Below the pieces are notes generated by a model. The model was not told the DNA's origin. It saw only the letters and a list, made by a program, of their open reading frames with translations, and searched no databases. 64,000 nt of DNA from Syntrophales bacterium. Its GTDB lineage: Bacteria > Desulfobacterota > Syntrophia > Syntrophales > UBA2210. This document shows positions 49,715 through 59,164 of the stretch, in pieces. Position 1 is the first letter of the stretch, and the number at the start of each line of letters is the position of its first letter. The stretch spans positions 352,001 to 416,000 of the forward strand of contig CAXXKT010000003.1 in the NCBI GenBank assembly GCA_963662405.2. The letters run 5' to 3'. The position numbers were made by a program, and so were the translations under genes.

Positions 49715-50499
49715 ATCCGGGAATCTATCTTTTTTGTTTCACTCCGGCCGTTCCCCATCCGGAGATCTCAGGGACAGGGATCGACAGAGAACAGCCGCTT
49801 TTTGTCGAGGTCATCGGGGATGTTTCAGCCGTTCTTGCCACGGTTGATCTTGACGACTTCACCGGCCCCGAGTCCCAGGAGAAAATGGAAGATCTGAAGT
49901 GGGTGGCGCCCCGGGCGCTCTGCCATGAAGAGGTCATCCTGACTGTGATGGAGAAAGGTCCCGTGCTGCCCGTCCGTTTCGGAACGGTCTTTTCTTCGAT
50001 GGAAGCCCTGGCGGAGTCCCTGCGGGGGCATGCCGAAACGCTGGCGAAGTTTTTTCTTGACGCCGCCGATCGGAAGGAGTGGACGCTCCGGGGATACGTC
50101 AACATGCAACAGGCCCGATCGGATATTATGGCAGCTCGCATGGCTGCGGAAAAGGAGCAGCTTGCCGGAATGACCCCCGGCAGACGCTATTTTCAGGAGC
50201 AGAGGATCAAGGGGGCGGCAGACAAGGATGTGGCGTCCTGGCTGAAAGAGATGGGGAGAGACATCTTAAGCGTCGCTACGAAGATATCCGTAGGATTCAG
50301 TGAATGCCGTCTCCAGTCGAGAGATGTCACGGCAAGGGACGATGAGATGTTTTTCAACGGCGCCTTGCTCGTCCCCGACGCGTCCAGGGAGGACCTGCAG
50401 TGCCTGCTTTCCGACTGGAACGCCGCCCATCAGGACGCAGGACTCCTGCTTGAGCTTTCCGGCCCCTGGCCGCCATACCACTTTACCCCGACTCTTTGA
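49711..50499 (+). CDS. GvpL/GvpF-family gas vesicle protein
   Basis: HEEV...VLPVRFGTVF, PGRRYF, SGPWPPYHF. Confidence 0.9.
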   Translation: MNPGIYLFCFTPAVPHPEISGTGIDREQPLFVEVIGDVSAVLATVDLDDFTGPESQEKMEDLKWVAPRALCHEEVILTVMEKGPVLPVRFGTVFSSMEALAESLRGHAETLAKFFLDAADRKEWTLRGYVNMQQARSDIMAARMAAEKEQLAGMTPGRRYFQEQRIKGAADKDVASWLKEMGRDILSVATKISVGFSECRLQSRDVTARDDEMFFNGALLVPDASREDLQCLLSDWNAAHQDAGLLLELSGPWPPYHFTPTL

Positions 50500-50723
50500 G
50501 AGGGATATGGTTCAATGAACTTAACCACTTCAGGAGAGTGACCTCACATGAACGATCCGATGCAAACCGACAGAGATCTGAACTTTCTGCTGTCCATTGA
50601 CGAAGATGATCTTAAGACGCTCCTGGTCCTTCTCCGGGAAAGAATCAAGAACATGAAGTAGCTGAATATTGTAATTCCGGTCATATATATCCCCGGAATG
50701 AATTGTAGGGATCAAGAGAGATC

Positions 50724-51428
50724 ATGGTTTATCTGATATACGGCATTATGAAAGACCCGGCGGTTGACGGCACGTCCATGACGGGGATGAAGAGCCGGGC
50801 GGTGTCTTTTGTCGCCGGTCATGGACTGTGCGCGGCCGCATCGGAACTGGATGTCGCAGAGGGCGCGCCGCCCGTTTCGGAACTCCTGACCTACAGCAAG
50901 GTTGTGGAGGATCTCCATCGCCTGCAGCCGGTTGTCCCCATGCGTTACGGCTGTTTCCTCAACGGAATGGAATCGATCCGGAAGATCCTGGGAGAGAGGC
51001 AGCGTCAGTACCATGCGCTGCTCGAGGAACTGGATGGTCGCGTCGAGATGGGAATCCGCATCCTTCTTCCTGAAGAAAGGGCAGATCCGCGACAGGAGGA
51101 ACAGCCGGCAGATGGACGCAACTACCTCCTTCAGCGAAAGACTCATTATCGGATGAGAGAAAGGGCGTCCCGGCAGCAGGAAATACTGGTGGAGGATTGT
51201 CTCCAAGCCTTTGCCGGTTTGTACGGAAGGCATCGAACGGAAACGGCGGTAAAAAACGGAACGGTAATCCTGTCCCTGTATTTCCTGGTTTTAAGAATCC
51301 ATGTCGCTCGCTTCCAGGAGGCCTTTGGAAAGCTGACGGCAAACGGAAAGGCCCTGTCCCTGCTCAGCGGTCCCTGGCCGCCTTATAATTTTGTCACAAC
51401 CGATCTTGGTAAATATGGGAGGGAATAA
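50724..51428 (+). CDS. GvpL/GvpF-family gas vesicle protein
   Basis: YLIYGI, VVPMRYG, GRVEMG, GRNYL, SGPWPPYNF. Confidence 0.9.
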   Translation: MVYLIYGIMKDPAVDGTSMTGMKSRAVSFVAGHGLCAAASELDVAEGAPPVSELLTYSKVVEDLHRLQPVVPMRYGCFLNGMESIRKILGERQRQYHALLEELDGRVEMGIRILLPEERADPRQEEQPADGRNYLLQRKTHYRMRERASRQQEILVEDCLQAFAGLYGRHRTETAVKNGTVILSLYFLVLRIHVARFQEAFGKLTANGKALSLLSGPWPPYNFVTTDLGKYGRE

Positions 51429-51507
51429 TATTCCCTCCCATTGACGGTGGAGGGGAAGAAAGTGGAAAGCGTCAATATTGATTTCTCAGTAAAAGGAGGG
51501 GTTTCCG

Positions 51508-53004
51508 ATGGAAAACAAAATCCCGGTTGCAGCAGACCCTGACCTTTCGGGGCGATACGAACAACTCTACACTATGCTCCTGGATGCCATCCCCTCGTCC
51601 GTCCTCCTGATCAATCAAAATATGCGCATTGTCTCGGCGAACCGCAATTTCCTCGAAAAAAGCCAAAGGACCCTCTCAAATACCATCGGCTACCGGCTGG
51701 AAGAGGTATTTCCCACCATCATCCTCGACCAGATGGGTATTACCAAGCGCATCCACCAGGTTATTGAAAAAAATCAACCGTCCAGGGGAGAGCGGATGAC
51801 CTACCGCGCCCCCGGAGTGCCCATCCGTATCTATTATTACAGCATCCTGCCCTTCACTTGGCAGGGACAGGTTGAAGGAGCCGTCCTCCTCATGGACGAT
51901 GTGACGGAGCAAGTACGTCTGAGCGAGGAAGTGCGGCAGGTGGAACTGCACCTGGCCAGCATCGTGGAGAGCGCCAGCGATCTCATCCTGTCCACAGACA
52001 TGAAAGGCCGGATTCTGACGTGGAACACGGCGGCTGAGAGACTGTCCGGTTATCCCGCCTCGGAGGCACGGGAACACTATTTTATCGACTTCTGTACCGA
52101 TGAGGAGCGCAAGGATATCCAGAATATTTTTTCCCGCATCGATACCCGTAAGTACATCCAGACGAAGGAATGCCCGTTGCTGACCATCAAGGGGACCCCC
52201 ATTCCTGTTTCCTGGGTTTTTTCGCCCCTGAAGGACAGCTACAACCAGACGGCGGGCGTCGTGGCTGTGGGTCGGGATTTGACGGAAAAACGGAAACTTG
52301 AGATGGCACTGCAGCAATCCCAGAAATTTGCCGCCCTCGGGGTCATGGCGGGCGGCATCGCCCATGAAATCAGGAATCCTCTGGCCATCTGCTCGTCCAG
52401 CGCCCAGTTTCTTATGGAAGAGGACGGCACGCCGGAGTTTCGCCGGGAGTGCGCGGAAAAGATCCAAAAAGGCATCCAGCGGACTTCGGCCATCATTGAG
52501 AATCTCCTCAGATATTCCCATCCTTCCAAGACGACCCGGACAACCCTGATCAATCTCGCGTCCCTTATCCAGGAAACCCTGACCCTCGTAACTTATCACG
52601 CCAAGATCCGCAAGATTGAAATGACCCCATCCTTTCCCAAAAAACCAATCATGGTTCAGGGGGTGGCCACCCTGCTCCAGCAGGTTTTCATGAATCTTTT
52701 TTTGAACGCCATCAATGCCATGCCCGCGGGTGGAAGCCTGGGAATTGACGCGAAGATGGATCATTCTGAAGTCCGGGTTCAGATAACGGACACCGGTTGC
52801 GGCATCGCCCGTGGCGAAATAGAAAAGATCTTCGATCCTTTCTATACGACCTCCATCGTGGGACAAGGAACCGGCCTCGGTCTGTCTCTCTGTTATTCTA
52901 TTGTTAAGCAGCACCGGGGGACCATTGACGTGGAAAGCCTGGAAGGCCGAGGCAGCATCTTTACAGTCAAATTACCGGCACGTTTTGGAGGAGGTGAAGC
53001 ATGA
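51508..53004 (+). CDS. PAS-domain sensor histidine kinase
   Basis: Two PAS domains, AHEIRNPL, NLFLNA, DTGCGI, GTGLGL. Confidence 0.95.
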   Translation: MENKIPVAADPDLSGRYEQLYTMLLDAIPSSVLLINQNMRIVSANRNFLEKSQRTLSNTIGYRLEEVFPTIILDQMGITKRIHQVIEKNQPSRGERMTYRAPGVPIRIYYYSILPFTWQGQVEGAVLLMDDVTEQVRLSEEVRQVELHLASIVESASDLILSTDMKGRILTWNTAAERLSGYPASEAREHYFIDFCTDEERKDIQNIFSRIDTRKYIQTKECPLLTIKGTPIPVSWVFSPLKDSYNQTAGVVAVGRDLTEKRKLEMALQQSQKFAALGVMAGGIAHEIRNPLAICSSSAQFLMEEDGTPEFRRECAEKIQKGIQRTSAIIENLLRYSHPSKTTRTTLINLASLIQETLTLVTYHAKIRKIEMTPSFPKKPIMVQGVATLLQQVFMNLFLNAINAMPAGGSLGIDAKMDHSEVRVQITDTGCGIARGEIEKIFDPFYTTSIVGQGTGLGLSLCYSIVKQHRGTIDVESLEGRGSIFTVKLPARFGGGEA

Positions 53005-53381
53005 ACGAAAAATATGCCCCGATTCTTGTTGTTGATGATGAACCCGAGATGTGCTGGATTCTTGATAATATTATCCGAAGGTCGGGCCTTGTCTGTATGA
53101 CGGCCTTGAGTGCCAGCGAAGCCATGGACCTGGCAAAAAGCAATACATTCCACATGGCCTTTTTAGACGCCAAACTTCCGGACATTGATGGTCTCGAATT
53201 GGCCCGGAAGCTCCGCAAAATCAATGCCCATCTGCCGATTGTCATCGTCTCCGGCTACTTCTACAAGGATGATCCGATCATTCAAGGGGTCCTCCAGGAT
53301 GGCCTTATCGCAGCTTTCGTAGATAAGCCCTTCGATCATGATGAGATCGTACGCATCATTACCCGCAACACCCAGCGGTAG
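53001..53381 (+). CDS. Single-domain response regulator
   Basis: VVDDE, LD..LPDIDG, SG, KPF. Confidence 0.92.
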   Translation: MNEKYAPILVVDDEPEMCWILDNIIRRSGLVCMTALSASEAMDLAKSNTFHMAFLDAKLPDIDGLELARKLRKINAHLPIVIVSGYFYKDDPIIQGVLQDGLIAAFVDKPFDHDEIVRIITRNTQR

Positions 53382-53524
53382 GGAAAGCCTTCCCATCATA
53401 GCAGGAATGGTTACCATAGCCACGATTCCCCTACCCTCTCTGAGAAAGATGCAAAATCCTTCTCTTCTTCAAAAATATTCTTTTAATCCGACAAGTTAGT
53501 ATTTATCATGCCCGCCCCGGCGGA

Positions 53525-53540
53525 TGGCATGTATCTTGCA
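53525..53540 (+). promoter_or_regulatory. Sigma54 -24/-12 promoter for gvpA
   Basis: TGGCAT-GTATC-TTGCA, 75 nt upstream of the gvpA ATG. Confidence 0.8.
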
Positions 53541-53615
53541 CCTATTCAAGACAGGCATGCCTGCTAAGAATTATCGGTACAAATACGGTAACAACCTACA
53601 AAGGAGGAAACAATA

Positions 53616-53834
53616 ATGGCTAAAGTACAGAAATCGACGGATTCATCGAGTCTGGCGGAAGTAGTCGACCGGATCCTCGACAAAGGCATCGTGATCGATG
53701 TCTGGGCGAAGGTATCTCTGGTTGGAATCGAGCTGCTTTCGATCGAGGCGAGGGTTGTGATTGCTTCGGTTGAGACCTATCTCAAGTACGCAGAGGCGAT
53801 TGGTCTGACGGCCAGTGCCGCAGCTCCGGCATGA
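53616..53834 (+). CDS. gvpA: Gas vesicle structural protein GvpA, copy 1
   Basis: [49 protein letters not shown]. Confidence 0.98.
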   Translation: MAKVQKSTDSSSLAEVVDRILDKGIVIDVWAKVSLVGIELLSIEARVVIASVETYLKYAEAIGLTASAAAPA

Positions 53835-53935
53835 GACTGACCTGAATAAAGGGATACCCATGGGGCGGTGCTGCTTTTTAATGCGCCCGCCTTCATGGGT
53901 GTGCCGGTTTCAGAACAAGGTAAGGGAGGATCATT

Positions 53936-54226
53936 ATGGGTAATTTGACTGATGACATGACCCGTTTACGCGGGGAGGTCGATGCCTTGCGGAGTGATCG
54001 GGGGGCGCTGATGCAGGAGCTGGCGCGTGGGGCCAGGGATCTGGCCTCTACGGTTTCAGCCATGCAGGCTGACTTTGCCGCCGCCCGCACCGCAATGGCA
54101 AAAAAAACGGGGAAAGCGCGGGCCTCGTATGTAGCAAGGATCAAGAAGCAGGTTGGCCGGATAAAAAAAGAGACAGCGGCCGATCTTGCAGGCGCTCGCC
54201 GCGCCTGGTTGGGAAAAACAACATAA
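53936..54226 (+). CDS. Short GvpC-like helical protein
   Basis: Follows gvpA; paralog of 54577-55530 with one repeat fewer and no tail. Confidence 0.65.
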   Translation: MGNLTDDMTRLRGEVDALRSDRGALMQELARGARDLASTVSAMQADFAAARTAMAKKTGKARASYVARIKKQVGRIKKETAADLAGARRAWLGKTT

Positions 54227-54256
54227 ATCAATACAAGTCTGAAGGAGGAAACAACA

Positions 54257-54475
54257 ATGGCTAAAGTACAGAAATCGACGGATTCATCGAGTCTGGCGGA
54301 AGTAGTCGACCGGATCCTCGACAAAGGCATCGTGATCGATGTCTGGGCGAAGGTATCTCTGGTTGGAATCGAGCTGCTTTCGATCGAGGCGAGGGTTGTG
54401 ATTGCTTCGGTTGAGACCTATCTCAAGTACGCAGAGGCGATTGGTCTGACGGCCAGTGCCGCAGCTCCGGCATGA
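54257..54475 (+). CDS. gvpA: Gas vesicle structural protein GvpA, copy 2 (identical)
   Basis: Same protein sequence as copy 1. Confidence 0.98.
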   Translation: MAKVQKSTDSSSLAEVVDRILDKGIVIDVWAKVSLVGIELLSIEARVVIASVETYLKYAEAIGLTASAAAPA

Positions 54476-54576
54476 GACTGACCTGAATAAAGGGATACCC
54501 ATGGGGCGGTGCTGCTTTTTAATGCGCCCGCCTTCATGGGTGTGCCGGTTTCAGAACAAGGTAAGGGAGGATCATT

Positions 54577-55530
54577 ATGGGTAATTTGACTGATGACATG
54601 ACCCGTTTACGCGGGGAGGTCGATGCCTTGCGGAGTGATCGGGGGGCGCTGATGCAGGAGCTGGCGCGTGGGGCCAGGGATCTGGCCTCTACGGTTTCAG
54701 CCATGCAGGCTGACTTTGCCGCCGCCCGCACCGCAATGGCAAAAAAGACCGGCGCGGAGCGGGAGGCTTTTGTGGCCGCCGTGATCAGCGAGGTGAACTC
54801 ACTGTTGAGCGCCTTTTCCCGGGACAGGGACGATATGGCCCGGAAGGGAAGACAAGACCGGGGAGTCTTCCTGTCGGAAATGAGAAGACAGGTTTCGGAC
54901 ATGTGCAAAGAAACGGCGGACGACCTGATGGGGGTACGGCGTGCCTGGCGCGGCGAGAGTTCCGGAAAGTCCCGGCCAGTTACGATGAAGAAAGAACCGG
55001 TGGTCGTAAAGCCCATACCTCCCTCGGTAGAAACAGTAATGAAGAAGACGGTGGCACCGCCCGAGATCAAGACAGCAAAGTCGCCTGTCACATTCAAGGA
55101 AACGGTGAAAAAGAAAGAAGAGAAAAAGACGGTAGCACCGCCTGAGATCAGGACGGAAATGCCGCCGATCGCATTCAAGGAACCGGCGAAAAAGGAAGAA
55201 GAAAAAAAGACGGTGGATCACCTCAGGGCAAGACAGGAAAGTCTCCGTTCACATCCACAAGGAACCGCTGAAAAGAGTAGCGGAGAAGAAGACGGTGTAG
55301 CGCCCGAAATCAGGACGGAAATGCCGCCTGTTACATTCAAGGAACCAGTGAAAAAGGAAGGAGAGAAGAAGAAGGTGGCACCGCCTGAGGCTCCGGCGGT
55401 CGAACCCACCGGGGGCAAGGTTCCGGCGCCTGTCCGCGCCTCTGTGCCGCTTCGGAAGAAAACAGAAAAGCGGCGGCCGGTTGAGAAGCCCGCAAAAAAA
55501 GCAACCAAAGGAAACCGGGGCAAGAAATAG
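54577..55530 (+). CDS. GvpC-like protein with 33-aa repeats and a Lys/Pro-rich repeat tail
   Basis: MAKKTG..REAFV and MARKGR..RGVFL lie 33 aa apart; 27-aa KKTVAPPEI repeats; position between gvpA and gvpN. Confidence 0.7.
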   Translation: MGNLTDDMTRLRGEVDALRSDRGALMQELARGARDLASTVSAMQADFAAARTAMAKKTGAEREAFVAAVISEVNSLLSAFSRDRDDMARKGRQDRGVFLSEMRRQVSDMCKETADDLMGVRRAWRGESSGKSRPVTMKKEPVVVKPIPPSVETVMKKTVAPPEIKTAKSPVTFKETVKKKEEKKTVAPPEIRTEMPPIAFKEPAKKEEEKKTVDHLRARQESLRSHPQGTAEKSSGEEDGVAPEIRTEMPPVTFKEPVKKEGEKKKVAPPEAPAVEPTGGKVPAPVRASVPLRKKTEKRRPVEKPAKKATKGNRGKK

Positions 55531-55674
55531 CGAAACACGCTGCCCGGATCGTATCGACCGGACAGCTCCCAAACAAACGGATGCTCTTTGATGGGTTGAC
55601 ATGAAAAAGACACGTCTGAAATTCCGGGAGACCGGATGGATGATGGAACAACGTAAGGAAGGAGAAAGAGGTTC

Positions 55675-56673
55675 ATGAATAAGAATGCCGTAAGAGTCGT
55701 CAGTTCATCAACCGTGCGTGAATCGGCCGGGGAAGACAGCGTTCAGCCCGAGCCCAGCGACAGCTTTATTTCTTCTCCCCATGTGGAGCAGGTCACACAG
55801 CGGGCCATGGCCTATCTGGTGGCCGGTTATCCCGTCCATTTTTCCGGCGTGGCTGGAACGGGAAAGACGACCATGGCCTTTCACGTGGCGTCCAAACTGG
55901 GACGGCCCGTCACCCTGGTCCACGGGGACGATGAATTCGGCAGTTCAGATCTCGTGGGCAAGGACTCCGGCTACCGGAAAAACAAACTGGTCGACAATTA
56001 TATCCACTCGGTCCTGAAGACCGAGGAGGAGATGAAAAGCCTCTGGGTGGACAACCGGTTGACCACGGCCTGTGAGAGAGGGGAGATCCTTATTTATGAC
56101 GAATTCAACCGTTCCCGGCCGGAGGCCAACAATGCGCTCCTCAGCGTCCTGTCCGAGGGGATTCTGAATCTGCCGAAACTGCGCCGCTCCGGAGAGGGAT
56201 ACATGGCCGTGCATCCCGAGTTCCGGGCGATCTTCACCTCCAACCCGGAAGAATACGCGGGTGTCCACAAGACCCAGGACGCCCTGATGGACCGCTTGAT
56301 TACCATCCACCTGGAGCACTATGACCGGGATACGGAAATCATGATCGTCATGAAGAAATCGGGACTCCCCCGTATCGATTCCGAGCGGATCGTGGACATC
56401 GTGAGGGAATTGAGAAGTTTCGGGGTGAACAATAACCGGCCCACCATTCGGGCGGGGATCGCCATCGGCCGGATACTCGCGTCTCAGAATCGGCTCGCCC
56501 GTGGAGAAGATATGTTTTTTCAGATGATCTGCCGGGATGTCCTGGCCACGGACACCGCCAAGATAACCCGCGGCGGCCAGCCGGTCATGATGCAGAAGGT
56601 GGAAGAGGTGATCCGTAAATTCTGCGGGTCCGCAAAACCGGCCGGGGGAAAAATTAAGGAGGATCGACAATGA
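55675..56673 (+). CDS. gvpN: Gas vesicle AAA+ ATPase GvpN
   Basis: GYPVHFSGVAGTGKT, WVDNRLT, YDEFNRSRPEANN, NPEEYAGVH..QDAL.DR. Confidence 0.96.
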   Translation: MNKNAVRVVSSSTVRESAGEDSVQPEPSDSFISSPHVEQVTQRAMAYLVAGYPVHFSGVAGTGKTTMAFHVASKLGRPVTLVHGDDEFGSSDLVGKDSGYRKNKLVDNYIHSVLKTEEEMKSLWVDNRLTTACERGEILIYDEFNRSRPEANNALLSVLSEGILNLPKLRRSGEGYMAVHPEFRAIFTSNPEEYAGVHKTQDALMDRLITIHLEHYDRDTEIMIVMKKSGLPRIDSERIVDIVRELRSFGVNNNRPTIRAGIAIGRILASQNRLARGEDMFFQMICRDVLATDTAKITRGGQPVMMQKVEEVIRKFCGSAKPAGGKIKEDRQ

Positions 56674-56990
56674 CGAAAAGGGTTATGAGAGGCATACAGG
56701 ATATCAAGACACTCACCGGCCGTGCGGATGAAGGCGCAATTCCTTACAAGGCCTATATGAAGCTCAGCATTCTTGAGATGGAAAAGTTCCGCCGGGGGAA
56801 AGAGAAGACGAGCGCCCTGGCCAGGGTGAGTCATATTGATCAGCGCTTCCGGGACATCGAGGTGGAAAGGGAAGAAATAATGACCGTACTGGAATCCAAG
56901 GGGATCCGGTGCCGACGCCCGTCGGGCCTTGAAGAGTCCCCGACCGCGGCGCCTCGAACAACGACGGGGCCGTTCAAGATCCGGTATTGA
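56670..56990 (+). CDS. GvpV-like coiled-coil protein
   Basis: Coupled to gvpN; AY..L..LE.EK.R helix and F.I.Y C-terminus. Confidence 0.5.
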   Translation: MTKRVMRGIQDIKTLTGRADEGAIPYKAYMKLSILEMEKFRRGKEKTSALARVSHIDQRFRDIEVEREEIMTVLESKGIRCRRPSGLEESPTAAPRTTTGPFKIRY

Positions 56991-57269
56991 ATCGAAGCCT
57001 TTGTGGAGGTTACCATATGATTAAAATCATCATCTTGAGCATTATCATTGCAATCGGTGTGTATCTCATTTTTACCCTCTATTGCGTACTTGCCATCAAG
57101 AAAACGACGCCGCGCCCTGCCCGGAATGTTATGAGTCATATGAGGGGCGGTGTGGCTTAAGGAAGCCAGGGAAAGCCATTTGAGTCGCTGCGCCCGGAGG
57201 TAAGAATGAGATATCCCGTTAACACCCTATAAATCGGTCCAACCGACGTAAGCATAGAAAGGCGACGGG

Positions 57270-57686
57270 ATGTCGAACGTATCGGATACAGAAAAAATGT
57301 CGAAACCGGAGCTCTCCCCGGCCGGCCCTGAAACAGAACGGAAGTTGCCTCCTATTGAGGATGTAAGAGATGCTATCTCCAACTTCTTGGCGCAGATGGT
57401 GGACGCTCAGGAGGTGAGCGTTACAAAGATGGTGCTGCTGGATGCCGAAAAGGTAACGTGGGAGGCCGAAGCAGATGTCTATGTACCAAATAAGACCATA
57501 AGGGCATTAGAGTTGCCCACGGAGAAAGAAGTACTCGATTGCCAGAAATACTTACTCCGGATGGATAAGCACCTCAACATTGTTGCTTACGGACGCAGAG
57601 ACCCGCTTAGAGATGAAGACTCGGGTGAAGACAGGTACATTGTTGAAGATAGATACTCAGTGATTGAGAGGGAGGATAGAGAATGA
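57270..57686 (+). CDS. GvpO-like protein
   Basis: W.AEA.V...D...Y...MD....IVAY.R pattern and cluster position. Confidence 0.5.
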   Translation: MSNVSDTEKMSKPELSPAGPETERKLPPIEDVRDAISNFLAQMVDAQEVSVTKMVLLDAEKVTWEAEADVYVPNKTIRALELPTEKEVLDCQKYLLRMDKHLNIVAYGRRDPLRDEDSGEDRYIVEDRYSVIEREDRE

Positions 57687-57862
57687 ATATCAGATGCTTG
57701 TCCTGCGGTCACACCATCGATCTCGATGACGCGTACAGTGATTATGATGGGCAGATAAAGTGTTATACATGCAGCGCTTTGTTGGAAATAAAACTGGAGG
57801 AAAGTCTTGTAAAGTCTGTCAAATTCCTCAGGCTGACACGGAGTGACGATGACGAAATATAA
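57683..57862 (+). CDS. Small zinc-ribbon protein (59 aa, below the ORF-track cutoff)
   Basis: GGAGG RBS, ATGA overlap; CLSCGH...CYTC. Confidence 0.7.
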   Translation: MNIRCLSCGHTIDLDDAYSDYDGQIKCYTCSALLEIKLEESLVKSVKFLRLTRSDDDEI

Positions 57863-57892
57863 CACGGAGGTAATTGCAAGAGTACCCATAAA

Positions 57893-58000
57893 TCCCCTCC
57901 CCCCTGGCGGGGGAGTGTTAGGGTGGAGGGTGCCATGAAATCAGCATATTGCAATTTCACCCTCCCCCTAATCCCATCCCGTCAAGGGAGGGAGGGGGAA
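57893..58000. repeat. REP/BIME-like GC-rich inverted doublet
   Basis: CCCCTCCCCCCTGGCGGGGGAG.GTTAGGGTGGAGGGTG paired with CACCCTCCCCCTAATCCC..CCCGTCAAGGGAGGG; related half-site near 51432. Confidence 0.6.
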
Positions 58001-58040
58001 CATATTTTCCGAGGCAGATCAGAATTAGGGGGACGGCAAT

Positions 58041-58802
58041 ATGGGCGGTAAGAAAATGAAAATCGAAGGGAAATATCTCTATGCCGTCATCCAGGAGGCG
58101 GATGACCTGGAGTACGGCAATATCGGCATCGACGGGGAGTCTGTTTATCTTATTTCGGGTAATCAGATCGCCGCGGTGGTCAGTAATTTCAGTAATGGGA
58201 AGATCCGCCCGGAACGCCGCAATATCGCGGCGCACCAGGCCGTTCTGAAACGACTTATGGAAAAAGAAACACCTCTGCCCATCACTTTCGGTGTCATCGC
58301 TGAAGGAGAGAAGGAGATTAAACGAATCCTGTCGCTTAACCGAAAATCCTTTGCCGAACAGCTTCGCCGCGTCAATGGTAAGGTGGAGATGGGATTGCGA
58401 GTCACATGGGATGTGACTAATATTTTTGAGTATTTTGTTAACACCCATGCGGAGATACGGGTGGCGAGGGACCAGTTTTTAGGGAAAAATCGCGTCCCCA
58501 CCCAGGAAGAGAAGATCGAAGTGGGGCGTCTCTTTGACCGGACACTTCAGGAAGACCGGGAAGAACACACGGACAGGGTTGAGGCAATCCTGTCTTCCGC
58601 CTGTTATGAAATCAAGCGAAACGCCCCCCGGACCGAGCGGGACGTCATGAATCTGGCCTGTCTGGTCGGACGGGAAGCGGTGGATAAGGATTTCGAGGCG
58701 GCCGTATTCGAGGCGGCGCGCGGATTCGATAACAATTTCTCCTTCGATTTCAATGGTCCCTGGGCGCCGCACAATTTTGTGGACGTGGAACTCACCATCT
58801 GA
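58041..58802 (+). CDS. GvpF/GvpL-family gas vesicle protein
   Basis: GKYLYAVI, AHQAVL, LPITFG, GKVEMG, GPWAPHNFV. Confidence 0.92.
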   Translation: MGGKKMKIEGKYLYAVIQEADDLEYGNIGIDGESVYLISGNQIAAVVSNFSNGKIRPERRNIAAHQAVLKRLMEKETPLPITFGVIAEGEKEIKRILSLNRKSFAEQLRRVNGKVEMGLRVTWDVTNIFEYFVNTHAEIRVARDQFLGKNRVPTQEEKIEVGRLFDRTLQEDREEHTDRVEAILSSACYEIKRNAPRTERDVMNLACLVGREAVDKDFEAAVFEAARGFDNNFSFDFNGPWAPHNFVDVELTI

Positions 58803-58855
58803 AGCTCTTACCGGAAGGAGTTTCTCATTCACCATCGACCATGCGGGAGGCAGAA

Positions 58856-59164
58856 ATGTTTCTGATTGATGACATCCTTATGGCGCCGGCGCGGGGCCTC
58901 TTCTGGATCTTCAAGGAGATCCACCACGCCGCCGAGGAAGAACAGGAGAACGAGGCAGCGGGCATTACGACCAGGCTCAGCGAACTCTACATGATGCTGG
59001 AGACCGGACAGCTGACGGAGGCGGAATTCGATGCCGAGGAAAAGACGCTCCTTGACCGCCTCGATGCCATAAAAGAGAAAGGAACCGGCGGGGAAGAAGA
59101 TGAGGATGAGGATGAAAAGGTCGTTATCCGGAAAAGACGTCCAAATCGACGAGCAAAACGATGA
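58856..59164 (+). CDS. gvpG: Gas vesicle protein GvpG
   Basis: MFLIDDILMAP.RG..WI, LETGQLTEAEFDAEE..LLDRL. Confidence 0.9.
   Translation: MFLIDDILMAPARGLFWIFKEIHHAAEEEQENEAAGITTRLSELYMMLETGQLTEAEFDAEEKTLLDRLDAIKEKGTGGEEDEDEDEKVVIRKRRPNRRAKR

Larger units (their letters stand above)
53601..54746 (+). repeat. Tandem duplication of about 505 bp (53601-54105 and 54242-54746, period 641)
   Basis: RBS, gvpA, spacer and the 5' part of the gvpC-like gene are repeated with one mismatch seen. Confidence 0.95.

Noticed and set aside
50548..50720. 37-aa ORF (MNDPMQTDRDLNFLL...) between two gvpF/L genes
   Set aside because: It has an RBS but no recognisable family; could be a small gene or a relic, and cannot be supported.
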